Below are positions 20,237-29,713 of a stretch of 64,000 bases of DNA, piece by piece. Each line of letters opens with the position of its first letter. Within the stretch, counting starts at the first letter, position 1. The stretch is from Endomicrobiales bacterium (GTDB lineage Bacteria > Elusimicrobiota > Endomicrobiia > Endomicrobiales > CAWCFT01), in NCBI GenBank assembly GCA_963794945.1, contig CAWCFT010000002.1, positions 96,001 through 160,000 on the forward strand. Reading direction: 5' to 3'. The notes beneath the pieces are model-generated. The model searched no databases, was not told the origin of the DNA, and saw only the letters and a program-made list of their open reading frames with translations. The position numbers and the translations under genes are program-made.

Positions 20237-20851
20237 ATGGCCAGGCACAAATCTGCTATCCGTAAAGGCAAGATCGTCCAGTCCGCGAGAGAATTAATAA
20301 TCAGCAGGGGCGTCAATGCCGTGACCATAAGGAACATCGCCAAGAAGAACAAAATTACGGAAGGCGCGATATACAGGCATTTCAAAAGCAAACGCGCTAT
20401 ACTCCAGCTCTTGATAGAAGATTTCGAAAAGAACCTAATGAAGGCAATAGACTCTACCATACAAAATGACAAGAGCCCGATAGCATTGCTTAAGGACATA
20501 ATGCACGTCCACCTGAAATATACCGAAGACCGCAAATCGGAGCTGTTCGCCATAACCGCGGCATCGGTGCATTTTGACGACAAAGTGCTGCGCCAGAGCA
20601 TATTGGATGTGATAGAAAGGTATAAAAGCCGCATCAAGGCCATCCTGCGCAAAGCCCAATCCAGAAGTTTAATCCGCAAAAAAATAGACCTAGATTCAGT
20701 GAGCCTTACTTTTTTCGGCCTAGTGCAGATAACGGCTATTCAATACGCGCTTACTAACTATACCGTCGCGCCCATGACAAAATTCAACACCCTGTGGGAG
20801 ATATTTCTTAAAGGCATCGTAAGCGGAGACGGCGAGAAGGATCTGAAATAA
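20237..20851 (+). CDS. TetR/AcrR family regulator
   Basis: TIRNIAK...ITEGAIYRHFKSK HTH. Confidence 0.92.
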   Translation: MARHKSAIRKGKIVQSARELIISRGVNAVTIRNIAKKNKITEGAIYRHFKSKRAILQLLIEDFEKNLMKAIDSTIQNDKSPIALLKDIMHVHLKYTEDRKSELFAITAASVHFDDKVLRQSILDVIERYKSRIKAILRKAQSRSLIRKKIDLDSVSLTFFGLVQITAIQYALTNYTVAPMTKFNTLWEIFLKGIVSGDGEKDLK

Positions 20852-20862
20852 GGATATTTAAT

Positions 20863-22507
20863 ATGCTAACAACAAGGCTCACTATTTGTTTGCTGATCAT
20901 TGCCATATTCAGCCTGCGGGTAAACGCCGCCACCAAGAACGTCATGATATTGTTTGACAAGGGCGAAGATAAAACGCAGCCGGCGTTGGCGGAAGCAAGG
21001 TACATCGCCAACCTGCTGGGCCATTTTGACACGCGCGTCGGTTTTTGTCCGGTGGCAGAATACCAGCGCGGCATGACAGACTCGTTCGACATAATCTTTT
21101 ACATAAACTATGAATCGGAATACGATCTGCCTGAAGCCTTCAAAGCCGATGTTATTAAATCTAAAAACACCTTTTGCTGGATAAACCTGCAGCTGGGCGA
21201 GCTTGACCAGGAAGCCCTGAAAAATACATTCGGATTCCATTTCGCCCGCTACGTCGAAGATTCCGGCTTTAACAAAGTTTCCTACCATGGCGTTGTCTTC
21301 CCAAAGGGCGGCAACGATATCAACATGGTCTCTATAGACAACCCGTCTCTCGCGAAAGTCAAAGCTTACGCGCTAAATAATAACGGGGCCAAAGCGCCAT
21401 ATATAATCAATTCGCGCAAATTCTGGTTCGTCGCGGACTCGCCGTTCTCGTATGTGTTTGAAAGGGACAGGTACCTTGTTTTCGCGGACATCCTGCACGA
21501 TATAACGGGCGAACACCACAAGAAGGAACATACCGCGCTCGTAAGGCTTGAAGACGTAAGCCCAGACAGCGACCCTAAACAGCTCCTCGATGCCGCTAAA
21601 TACCTCCATTCTCAAAGGGTCCCTTTTGCCGTCGCCCTGGTACCGGTCTATATCGATCCCGTCAATAAGATAGAACTCCATCTGACCGACAGGCCCGAGC
21701 TACTAGCTGCGCTGAGGGAAATACCGGAACTTGGAGGTTCTTTTGTCCTGCACGGATACACGCACCAGTACAAAGGTATAAGCACGGAAGATTATGAGTT
21801 CTGGGACATATCGTCCGACAAACCCGTCGATGGGGATTCTATCGAGAACGCGTCCTTAAGGATCGACAAGGGCATCAAAGAGTGCCTGCTGAACGGCATT
21901 TACCCTTTAGCCTGGGAAACGCCGCATTACGTCGCGTCTAACAACACGTTCCTCGCCGTAAAACAATATTTCAGTGTTACTTACGAAAGAAGGAACACAA
22001 TGGAATACGCTGGCAGCGATCGAATTCTTCCCGTACCCGGTAACAGATATTTACGGCCAGCGGGTGATCCCTGAAGATCTCGGTTACGTGCACGGGGACA
22101 AACCCGGCGCCGAAGATATTTTGGAAGGCGCGAAGCTCGACCTTGCCGTTCGCGACGGGTACGCCAGCTTTTTCTTCCATCCGTTCCTGAGCGCTGATTA
22201 CCTGAAAACTATAGTAAAAGGGCTGAGAGCAATGGGGTACAAGTTCGGCGACATAAGGGATTTCTCGCCTGTTGTCGAAGACAGGGAGGCTGTGGTCCTG
22301 ACACCGGGCGACCACCACATACGTATCCAGACGCACGACAACTGCATCACAATGAAGGAGATCGATTTCAAAGGGAACATATTAAAAAACAGCGTTTTGC
22401 CTATCGCCAAAAACCCGTACGAAGCGAATATAGAGTGCCCGAGGTCCACTTATCTTGTGATCACGGGGCAGGGCGCAAACAACGGGAACAATATCTCACG
22501 TAACTAA
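20863..22507 (+). CDS. DUF2334-like polysaccharide deacetylase family protein, frameshift near 22005
   Basis: VRLEDVSP, LHGYTHQ, WETPHY, FPY..IPEDLGY, SFFFHP. Confidence 0.8.
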
Positions 22508-22528
22508 TAATATAATAGGAGGAAACAT

Positions 22529-22882
22529 ATGAAAGACAATAGACCGCACTTGCAATTTACAGTATTTGCAACGCTTAGATACATCATCCTCGGTTCACTA
22601 TTTCTGCCGCTGGTTCTAGCGGCCGGCTGCGCTACCATAGGCCGCGATTTTGCAACCGCCAGCGTGCCTACCATACAGATAGGAAAAACCACGCAGAACG
22701 ATATTCTGTCTACCTTCGGCTCGCCCTGGAGGACCGGCATAGAAGACGGCAAACAGGTATGGACTTACGGCAAATACCACTACAGTGTATTTAAACAACC
22801 CAGCGCCCAGGACCTGGTTGTCAGGTTCGATAGCAAAGGTGTCGTATCTTCATATACTTACAGCACGACCGAACAAAAGTAA
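22529..22882 (+). CDS. SmpA/BamE-like lipoprotein
   Basis: LAAGC lipobox, IGKTT..DIL..FGSP, WTY, LVVRFD..GVV. Confidence 0.75.
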   Translation: MKDNRPHLQFTVFATLRYIILGSLFLPLVLAAGCATIGRDFATASVPTIQIGKTTQNDILSTFGSPWRTGIEDGKQVWTYGKYHYSVFKQPSAQDLVVRFDSKGVVSSYTYSTTEQK

Positions 22883-22928
22883 TGCGCCGGATTTATAAAA
22901 TGAAAAGAATTCACCAGGAGGATGTATC

Positions 22929-23474
22929 ATGAAAAAGATGTTAATGCTGTTGTTGTTCGGGTTATTGGCTGCGGGATGCGCGAAAAAGCAGATGGTCAAG
23001 TCGGACCAGAACTCAATGGTTGCTCCGGCAGCGCCTGCCCAAACCGCGAGCGCGCCCGCTGAAGAGCAGTCAAGCAGGTTCTCGGACTGGCAAAATGTTC
23101 CGGAACTGGCGGCTGTCTACTTTGATTACGACAAAAGCGAACTGCTCGCCTCTTCGCGCGAGATGTTGAAAAAGAACGCCGAATACTTAAAGGCTAACGA
23201 AAATCTCAAGGTCCTTATAGAAGGCCACTGCGACGAACGCGGCACGGTAGCGTACAATTTGGCCCTTGGAGACCGCCGCGCGGCCGCTGTGCGCGCGTAT
23301 TACGCTTTGCTTGGAGTTCCCAAAGAACGCATCGCCATAATCTCTTACGGCAGCGAGAAACCCGCCGACCCCGGCCACACAGAAGCAGCATGGCAAAAGA
23401 ACAGGAGAGCCGAAACAAAAATCAGGGGCACGAAAGTAGCAAGCGCCTCTTCCGATGATACGCAAAAGCAGTAA
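22929..23474 (+). CDS. pal: Peptidoglycan-associated lipoprotein, copy 1
   Basis: LAAGC lipobox, VYFDYDKS, EGHCDERGT..YNLALGDRRA, SYG.EKP, KNRR. Confidence 0.88.
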   Translation: MKKMLMLLLFGLLAAGCAKKQMVKSDQNSMVAPAAPAQTASAPAEEQSSRFSDWQNVPELAAVYFDYDKSELLASSREMLKKNAEYLKANENLKVLIEGHCDERGTVAYNLALGDRRAAAVRAYYALLGVPKERIAIISYGSEKPADPGHTEAAWQKNRRAETKIRGTKVASASSDDTQKQ

Positions 23475-23523
23475 GATCCGTTAAATACTAAATTTTCCGG
23501 GCTTAAATGGAGGGCGATGTGTT

Positions 23524-24048
23524 ATGATCAAGAAGATATTCCTGCTGTTGATGTTTGGAATTATGGTTGTTGGATGCGCCAAGAGGCAAACAGTTAAACC
23601 TGTTGAAAGCGCGCCGCCTGCCGCCCAGGAACCGATAAGCGCAGGGCAGTCGAGCAGGCACACGGACTGGCAAAGCGCGCAGGAACTGGCAACGGTCTAT
23701 TTTGACTACGACAAAAGCAGCCTGCTGTCCGACGCTCGCAAAACGCTGAAAACGAACGCGCAGTATTTAAAGGCGCATACCGACCTCAATGTCCTGGTGG
23801 AAGGGAACTGCGACGAGCGCGGCACTATTGAATACAATTTAGCTTTGGGTGACCGGCGCGCTTCCACCGTGCTTAAATATTACACTAAACTGGGCATATC
23901 GAAAAAACGTATCGCCGTGATATCTTACGGGAAAGAAAAACCCGTTGACCCGGGGCACGATGAAGCGGCCTGGCAAAAGAACAGAAGGGTCGAAACAAAG
24001 GTCAGGAACGCTAACGTCGAAAACAGCATTCCTGTCGAGACGCACTGA
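23524..24048 (+). CDS. pal: Peptidoglycan-associated lipoprotein, copy 2
   Basis: VVGC lipobox, same OmpA-C motifs. Confidence 0.88.
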   Translation: MIKKIFLLLMFGIMVVGCAKRQTVKPVESAPPAAQEPISAGQSSRHTDWQSAQELATVYFDYDKSSLLSDARKTLKTNAQYLKAHTDLNVLVEGNCDERGTIEYNLALGDRRASTVLKYYTKLGISKKRIAVISYGKEKPVDPGHDEAAWQKNRRVETKVRNANVENSIPVETH

Positions 24049-24107
24049 TAACCCGCCGCCACGGTTTAGTTTGGCGGGCGGACGAATAACAACACTGTGA
24101 GGTTAAC

Positions 24108-24791
24108 ATGAACAAATTCATTACACGCTTTAGTTTACTTATGATGCCGCTGCTTTTATTGGGATGCGCAAGCCTTTCCAACAACTCCGGACAACTGACC
24201 CAGCTTCAAAAAGAAAACGCCGACCTGAAAGCCGAGAACCAATCACTGAAGACAGGCGTTGAAGAAAGCGCCCGGCAGTCAAAGGCGCAGCTTGACGCGC
24301 TATCCGATATGTTCCAAACCGAGATCAAGCATGGAGAACTTACCGTAACGCAGTATAAGAATATACTTAAGGTAGAGGTAGCGGAAAGGATATTCTTTAA
24401 ACCGGGGAGCACAAAATTGAAAGACAGCGGGAAAGAAGTGCTTAAGAAACTTGGCGAAACAATTAATGCCATGCCCGATACCGTCGCGCGCGTTATAGCC
24501 CGCACCGACAATGTGCCTCTGAAGGCGAGACAGCAAACCCTTATGGCCAACAACTGGGACCTGTCTGCCTTACGCGCGGCGGCAGTTGCCAAGTACCTTC
24601 AGGAAGCCGGCGTAAATGATGACAGGCTTGTCGCTATAGGCCGCGGGGAGAATGACCCCATCGCTTTAAACGACACCGAGCCCGGCCGCAAGCAGAACAG
24701 GCGCATCGAAATAGGTATTGTCAGCAGGGAGATAGAAACCGGGCTGGGCGAGATCGAAAGCGCGAAATCTACCGATCAACACCCTCAGTGA
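24108..24791 (+). CDS. OmpA/MotB-family lipoprotein with coiled coil
   Basis: LLGC lipobox, TDNVP, NWDLSALRA, QNRRIEI. Confidence 0.85.
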   Translation: MNKFITRFSLLMMPLLLLGCASLSNNSGQLTQLQKENADLKAENQSLKTGVEESARQSKAQLDALSDMFQTEIKHGELTVTQYKNILKVEVAERIFFKPGSTKLKDSGKEVLKKLGETINAMPDTVARVIARTDNVPLKARQQTLMANNWDLSALRAAAVAKYLQEAGVNDDRLVAIGRGENDPIALNDTEPGRKQNRRIEIGIVSREIETGLGEIESAKSTDQHPQ

Positions 24792-24833
24792 TCTAAGGCG
24801 GGCCCGATAATCTTTTAATTCCGGGGCGATCAT

Positions 24834-25355
24834 ATGAACTATTCCATTATGCAGTCGGATGAGTCAAACAGGTTTAAAATAACAGGTTCGCGCACATTGA
24901 AGTTAGCCGGTTGCGTGTTATCATGCCTGGCCGCTGGGCTTATCGGCTCGATATACGTGCAGATGTCGGTTAACACCTGGTATAAAGCCCTTGCCAAACC
25001 CTGGTTCAATCCGCCCGCAAGTGTTTTTGCGCCGGTTTGGACTATCCTGTTCGTCCTCATGGGCATCTCCGTTTTTATTGTGTGGGACCGCAAAACAACA
25101 TACAAAAAAAGCGAAGCGCTGCTTGTGTTTTACATTCAGCTGGCCGCCAATATCTGCTGGTCTATCGCTTTCTTCGGCATATGTTCCACGCTGGGAGGGC
25201 TTATAATGATAATATACCTTCTCGCTTCGATATTGTGGACGATACACAAATTTTATGCGCTATCAAAAACAGCGGCGTTCCTTCTTGTGCCTTACCTGCT
25301 ATGGGTGTGTTTCGCCGCTATACTCAACATAAGTATTTACTACTTGAACTTATAG
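24834..25355 (+). CDS. tspO: TspO/MBR family tryptophan-rich sensory protein
   Basis: WY..L.KPWFNPP..VFAPVWT.L, LLVPYLLWV.FA. Confidence 0.92.
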   Translation: MNYSIMQSDESNRFKITGSRTLKLAGCVLSCLAAGLIGSIYVQMSVNTWYKALAKPWFNPPASVFAPVWTILFVLMGISVFIVWDRKTTYKKSEALLVFYIQLAANICWSIAFFGICSTLGGLIMIIYLLASILWTIHKFYALSKTAAFLLVPYLLWVCFAAILNISIYYLNL

Positions 25356-25414
25356 TTGTTTAAATTAGCTCTTTGTGGTCTACCCTAAAGGGTAAAATTA
25401 ATTAAACTAGAGGT

Positions 25415-25584
25415 TTGTCATACCCGAGTTTTTCTGTCGGGTATCCATTTCCAAATATGATTCTTATATGTCGTCAATATACCCTCAAGGGTATTTCCTG
25501 ATGATAAAAGTCAATTGTTGGTCATCTAAGGCATTAATATTGATTTGGTTCTGGATTGCCGATAGAGAATTTCGGCAATGACAA
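25415..25584. repeat. REP/MITE-like element of two inverted palindromic units with TGTCAT..ATGACA ends
   Basis: ttgtcatacccga..tcgggtatcca versus tggattgccga..tcggcaatgacaa. Confidence 0.7.
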
Positions 25585-25685
25585 CCTGCCTTGAATTTCA
25601 AATTTAAAATACAGTTTCCGTAATTTAATGCTATCCAGATCAGAACACGTTTGACTTGAACTAACGCGAGGTTAATTTAACTATC

Positions 25686-27026
25686 ATGCCAAGAAAACAC
25701 ATCACGGAAAGCTTTCTGATATTCGTCAGTATTTTTAAATGGCTCGTGCTCGCCATAGGAACAGGTGTGCTTGTCGGCGCTTCAACGGCGCTGTTCCTTA
25801 AGACTCTCGATTGGAGCATTCACTTCGCTTCCGGATACACTTATTACTTTTTACTGCTCCCGCTGGCTTTCCTCTTGTGCGCGGTGCTGGTCAACTACCT
25901 CGCGCCGGACGCCAAAGGGCACGGCACCGAAAAAGTCATAGAAGCCGTCCACAAACACACCGGGCGGATAAAACCCATAGTCGTGCCGATAAAGTTCATC
26001 GCAACGGTTATCACCATCGCTCTTGGCGGCTCCGCCGGAAAAGAAGGCCCATCGGCGCAGATAGGCGCCGGCACAGCGTCCATATTGGCCGATCTGCTCC
26101 GGTTAAATGATAATGAAAGAAAAAAGCTGGTCATCTGCGGCATCAGCGCCGGGTTCGCGTCCGTTTTCGGCACGCCCATCGCGGGCGCTATTTTCGGCGT
26201 TGAAGTGCTTTTCGCGGGCAGGCTTTTGTACGATGTGCTTCTGCCGTCGTTCATCGCGGGGCTGGTAAGCTATCAGATGACATCACATCTTGGGGTTACT
26301 TACTTTTATCATCCCATCAACTTTGTTCCCGTGTTCAGCAGGGCGTTCTTTATCGACGTTATAATCGGCGGGATATTGTTCGGCATATGCGCGATAATCT
26401 TTATAGAGATAGTGAAGGCGATAGAAAAATATTCGGATAAGCTCAGCCCGAACAAGCTCATTAAGGCCGTTCTCGGCGGGACAATACTTGTCATCCTCGC
26501 GTTCGTTTTCTCAAAAGAATACCTGGGGCTCGGCCTGGACGGCATAAAAAGCATGCTGGAAGGCAACGGAACGCATTGGTATTCATTTATACTTAAGCCT
26601 GTGTTCACCGGCGTGACACTCGGTTTTGGCGGCAGCGGAGGAATGATAACACCGGTACTGTTCACGGGTGCGGCCTCGGGCACGCTTGTGGCATCACTCC
26701 TGCACCTCGATACCGCCACCTTCGCCGCCATCGGGCTTGTAAGCGTTCTGGCGGGCGCCACCAACACGCCAATAGCCTCAAGCATTATGGCGATAGAGCT
26801 CTTCGGCCCGCTCATCGCGCCGTACGCCGCCATGTCCTGCGTTATCAGCTACTTTATGACGGGCCACAGGAGCGTGTACCCGTCGCAGGTATTTATAATT
26901 AAAAAATCGCAATTCATCAATTTCGACGCCGGCACTGAAGTCGGCGAGATAAAGACAGAGATATCCCAGAACAGCAGGGTTGTCAGGTTTTTGAACTACA
27001 TAGCCGAAAAACTGCATATCAAATAA
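25686..27026 (+). CDS. ClC family chloride channel/H+ antiporter
   Basis: GHGTE, GGSAGKEGP, FGTPIAGAIF, GG.ITP, NTPIA motifs. Confidence 0.92.
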   Translation: MPRKHITESFLIFVSIFKWLVLAIGTGVLVGASTALFLKTLDWSIHFASGYTYYFLLLPLAFLLCAVLVNYLAPDAKGHGTEKVIEAVHKHTGRIKPIVVPIKFIATVITIALGGSAGKEGPSAQIGAGTASILADLLRLNDNERKKLVICGISAGFASVFGTPIAGAIFGVEVLFAGRLLYDVLLPSFIAGLVSYQMTSHLGVTYFYHPINFVPVFSRAFFIDVIIGGILFGICAIIFIEIVKAIEKYSDKLSPNKLIKAVLGGTILVILAFVFSKEYLGLGLDGIKSMLEGNGTHWYSFILKPVFTGVTLGFGGSGGMITPVLFTGAASGTLVASLLHLDTATFAAIGLVSVLAGATNTPIASSIMAIELFGPLIAPYAAMSCVISYFMTGHRSVYPSQVFIIKKSQFINFDAGTEVGEIKTEISQNSRVVRFLNYIAEKLHIK

Positions 27027-27046
27027 TAGTAAGGCAAAGGCCAAAA

Positions 27047-27307
27047 GTGGAGGGTGTCATGCTTAAGTTAAACGCAAAGGCATTGGGGCTGTCGTTAGGT
27101 ATCGTTTGGGGGGCGGCGATGTTGATACTGGGGCTGGTAAATATGCACAGCATGTTCGGCAGCGGAATAATGCACGGAATGTCAACGCTGTACATAGGCT
27201 ACAAACCCACGATACCGGGCAGCATAATAGGCGGAATATGGGGCTTATTCGACGCAGGCATAGGCGGAGTTATCATTGCCTGGCTTTATAATATGTTCTC
27301 TAAATAG
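27047..27307 (+). CDS. Small two-TM membrane protein (family often annotated holin-like)
   Basis: KLNAKALGLS.GIVWG, Y.GY.PT..GSIIG.IWG.FD..IGG.IIAWLYN. Confidence 0.7.
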   Translation: MEGVMLKLNAKALGLSLGIVWGAAMLILGLVNMHSMFGSGIMHGMSTLYIGYKPTIPGSIIGGIWGLFDAGIGGVIIAWLYNMFSK

Positions 27308-27369
27308 CGGATCCTGTATACCTAATATATTAGCGGCATGGACGGCTTGTTTATGACAAGGAGGAGAAC

Positions 27370-27459
27370 ATGCTTCCCGCGCATCTCCATAGCTGGATAA
27401 TCTTAGCTTTAATTGTAATATGCGTCATCGCTGAAATATTCCACCGCTATCAAAAATAA
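27370..27459 (+). CDS. 29-aa single-TM small protein MLPAHLHSWIILALIVICVIAEIFHRYQK
   Basis: Strong RBS aaggaggag just upstream; hydrophobic core; not in ORF track. Confidence 0.55.
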   Translation: MLPAHLHSWIILALIVICVIAEIFHRYQK

Positions 27460-27573
27460 TACCTTCACTTGAATATTCTAAAATAAATTTATAGAATCTC
27501 GTTATCATGGCATTTGCATTAACTGGGAGAGAAATGCTGCCTAAACTGTAAACCATATTGCGCCCCCGTGCGG

Positions 27574-27608
27574 CCGTGCCCGCCGGAGAGGCGGGTGTGG
27601 TTTTTTTG
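27574..27608 (+). terminator. Intrinsic terminator upstream of parB-like gene
   Basis: ccgtgcccgcc-ggaga-ggcgggtgtgg followed by T7. Confidence 0.7.
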
Positions 27609-27649
27609 TTTCCCAAAATGTATCTTTGAGATTTGTAAGCCGTTTAAGC

Positions 27650-27727
27650 ACCCCTCTTTTGTATAAAGAGGGGCTGGGGGAGGGTATAACTCCCCTTGCG
27701 TCCCCTCTTCGTGAATGAAGAGGGGAA
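27650..27727. repeat. CCCCTCT..AGAGGGG palindromic repeat pair
   Basis: cccctctttt..aaagagggg-ctgggggagg and tcccctcttc..gaagagggga. Confidence 0.65.
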
Positions 27728-27758
27728 ACAACTAGAACTTATATTAAGCGGAGGACTT

Positions 27759-29375
27759 ATGATCAGCCTTACCAAGTACCAGATGCAGGATGTGGAGCTC
27801 TCGCAAATTGACGGGGAAGACAGGCAGTTCCAGTGCAGGCAGGTCAGCGACGCCGATGTCAAGGCAATGGCTGAAACGCTTAAAAAAGAGAAACAGAAGG
27901 TTCCGATTTACCTGCTGCGGCGAAAGAACGGCAAACAGCAAATATTATGCGGGTTTACCAGGTACCTCGCGGCAAAGCTGCTGGGCTGGGCAACAATAGT
28001 TGCCATAATGATCCCTGAAGAAGACTTTGAGAACGAAAATGAGATATACAAGTTTGGCGTAATAGAGAACGGCAAGCGCAAGCCGTTAAGTAATGTGGAT
28101 AAGGGCAATATTTGCAAAAGCATGAGCGCAAAGGCCATGAACAACGTAGAAATTGGGGAATGTTTAGGAATAAGCGAAAAACAGGTGCGCAGGTATTTAA
28201 AGATAGCCAATGCCCCGGCTGAAGTGCAAAAAGGCATGAGCGACAATAGTGTTCCGCTCAGGGCAATAGACAATATAGACCCGGCAACCGGCCAGCTCGG
28301 CACGCGTGCCGAGCAAATTGTGGATAACCCCAACTGCTATGTAAAACCAGTTAAAAGTGGGTTTAAGGCTGTGCTGAACTACCGCGAAGGCAAGGATAAG
28401 GATGATGTAGTGAAGAGTTTCAAGGCCAAAATAGACGCGGAACTTGCGAAATTGCAGAAGGCGCGGGCAGAGGCCGACAAAGAGGCAGCCCAAAAGGCAG
28501 CTGAAGCCGATAAGAAGGCCAACGAGGCCAGGGCAACCAAGCTTGCCGAAGATATTAAGGTTCTTGAAAGCGCCGCCAAGACCATGGAGAAAGACAAGCA
28601 GGATTCGTCCGCTATAAGGCAGCAAATAGAAAACAAAAAGGCCGAGCTAAAGGCGCTGAAGGCTCGCCCCGTTAGAAATACATCAACAATAGTGCCCGGT
28701 AAAAGTAATGAAGGCCCGGCTGACCAAGGGCAGCCTATCTCTAACGGGGCAAGCGCCAAGCCGAACAAGAACCCCAGCCCGGAGCAGTTGGCACAGCTAA
28801 AGAAATTCAAAGAGGGCGGCCAGGCCGCGGTGGAAGCCGGGCTTGAAGCCCAGCTTGCCCAAATGAAGTTGGGCCTGAACAGCCCCAATATAACCGACGC
28901 CCAAAAAGCCGGCCTAAACATGTCCATCCAAATGCTCCAGTCCCAGCTAGACGCGCTAAAGAAAGGCAACCATCCCCAGCCTGGCAACAATACCCCACAA
29001 ACTCCTTCGCCCCATGTTCGGGGTGAGACCCTGGGCCTTGAGGGTCAGCCAAACGGACCCGAAAAGGAAGAAGGTGGGCCCGCCTCTTCGGCAGGCATGG
29101 ATGAGGGGGATACCGTTCAATCTGGTCAAAGGGCAGGTGAGCCTGTCCGCCAAAGTCCCAGTGGCGGAGGAGGTGTGCCTGCCGCTGAACAAAACACCGG
29201 CGGCCACACCACCCACGTCTTTGGCGATTTCAGCAAACTTGAAGCCAGGATAGCAGAACTCGAAAAAGAATCCGTAGACCCCGCAAAAACCGACGAGGAA
29301 CGCTCCGCCAAGAAAGCCGAGCTCGAAGAATCCAAAGCAAGCCTAGCAGACATCAAGAAATTCTTGGGTTCTTGA
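27759..29375 (+). CDS. Orphan ParB-like CTPase-fold/HTH protein with long coiled-coil and low-complexity tail
   Basis: RBS ggagga; PIYL..ILCGFTRYLA (GxxRxxA), IEN.KR.PLS, HTH EIGECLGISEKQVRRYL. Confidence 0.8.
   Translation: MISLTKYQMQDVELSQIDGEDRQFQCRQVSDADVKAMAETLKKEKQKVPIYLLRRKNGKQQILCGFTRYLAAKLLGWATIVAIMIPEEDFENENEIYKFGVIENGKRKPLSNVDKGNICKSMSAKAMNNVEIGECLGISEKQVRRYLKIANAPAEVQKGMSDNSVPLRAIDNIDPATGQLGTRAEQIVDNPNCYVKPVKSGFKAVLNYREGKDKDDVVKSFKAKIDAELAKLQKARAEADKEAAQKAAEADKKANEARATKLAEDIKVLESAAKTMEKDKQDSSAIRQQIENKKAELKALKARPVRNTSTIVPGKSNEGPADQGQPISNGASAKPNKNPSPEQLAQLKKFKEGGQAAVEAGLEAQLAQMKLGLNSPNITDAQKAGLNMSIQMLQSQLDALKKGNHPQPGNNTPQTPSPHVRGETLGLEGQPNGPEKEEGGPASSAGMDEGDTVQSGQRAGEPVRQSPSGGGGVPAAEQNTGGHTTHVFGDFSKLEARIAELEKESVDPAKTDEERSAKKAELEESKASLADIKKFLGS
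28295..28314. promoter_or_regulatory. Perfect 20-bp intragenic palindrome, candidate parS-like site
   Basis: gctcggcacg-cgtgccgagc. Confidence 0.55.
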
Positions 29376-29513
29376 TCCACCATTGTTCCAGAGAATTGGG
29401 CTCTTTCGAAATTAGAAATTGTTTCATGGCATTGTGCCTTGCAAACATAGAATTAAAGAGGTAAGATTTTCATAATGTGAGTCTGAATATTCATATTGAG
29501 CAAACAGAAATAA

Positions 29514-29543
29514 TTAGTTCAATAAGTAAAGCCTGACACCATT
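29514..29543 (+). repeat. Left copy of 30-bp inverted repeat
   Basis: ttagttcaataagtaaagcctgacaccatt; 27/30 identical to the reverse complement of 34210..34239. Confidence 0.8.
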
Positions 29544-29713
29544 TTCTCTACAAACAAACTGGCAATGCCTTATTGCCAAATACGTGAGAAAATATATTTT
29601 TAAATAGTTTGTAATCCTGGTAAATATAAATGCTATTATGGTATTTAGACAAGGGTGTCCTATAAAGGATTCCATGTCTTTTTTTATATAACAGTTTATT
29701 TTACAATAAGCCT

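Noticed and set aside
25590..27026. Fluoride riboswitch and CLC-F exporter
   Set aside because: No crcB-motif consensus upstream; the protein has GKEGP rather than the GREGT signature of fluoride CLCs
27047..29375. Prophage suggested by holin-like and parB-like genes
   Set aside because: No integrase, terminase, structural or lysin genes; the holin-like family occurs in non-phage contexts
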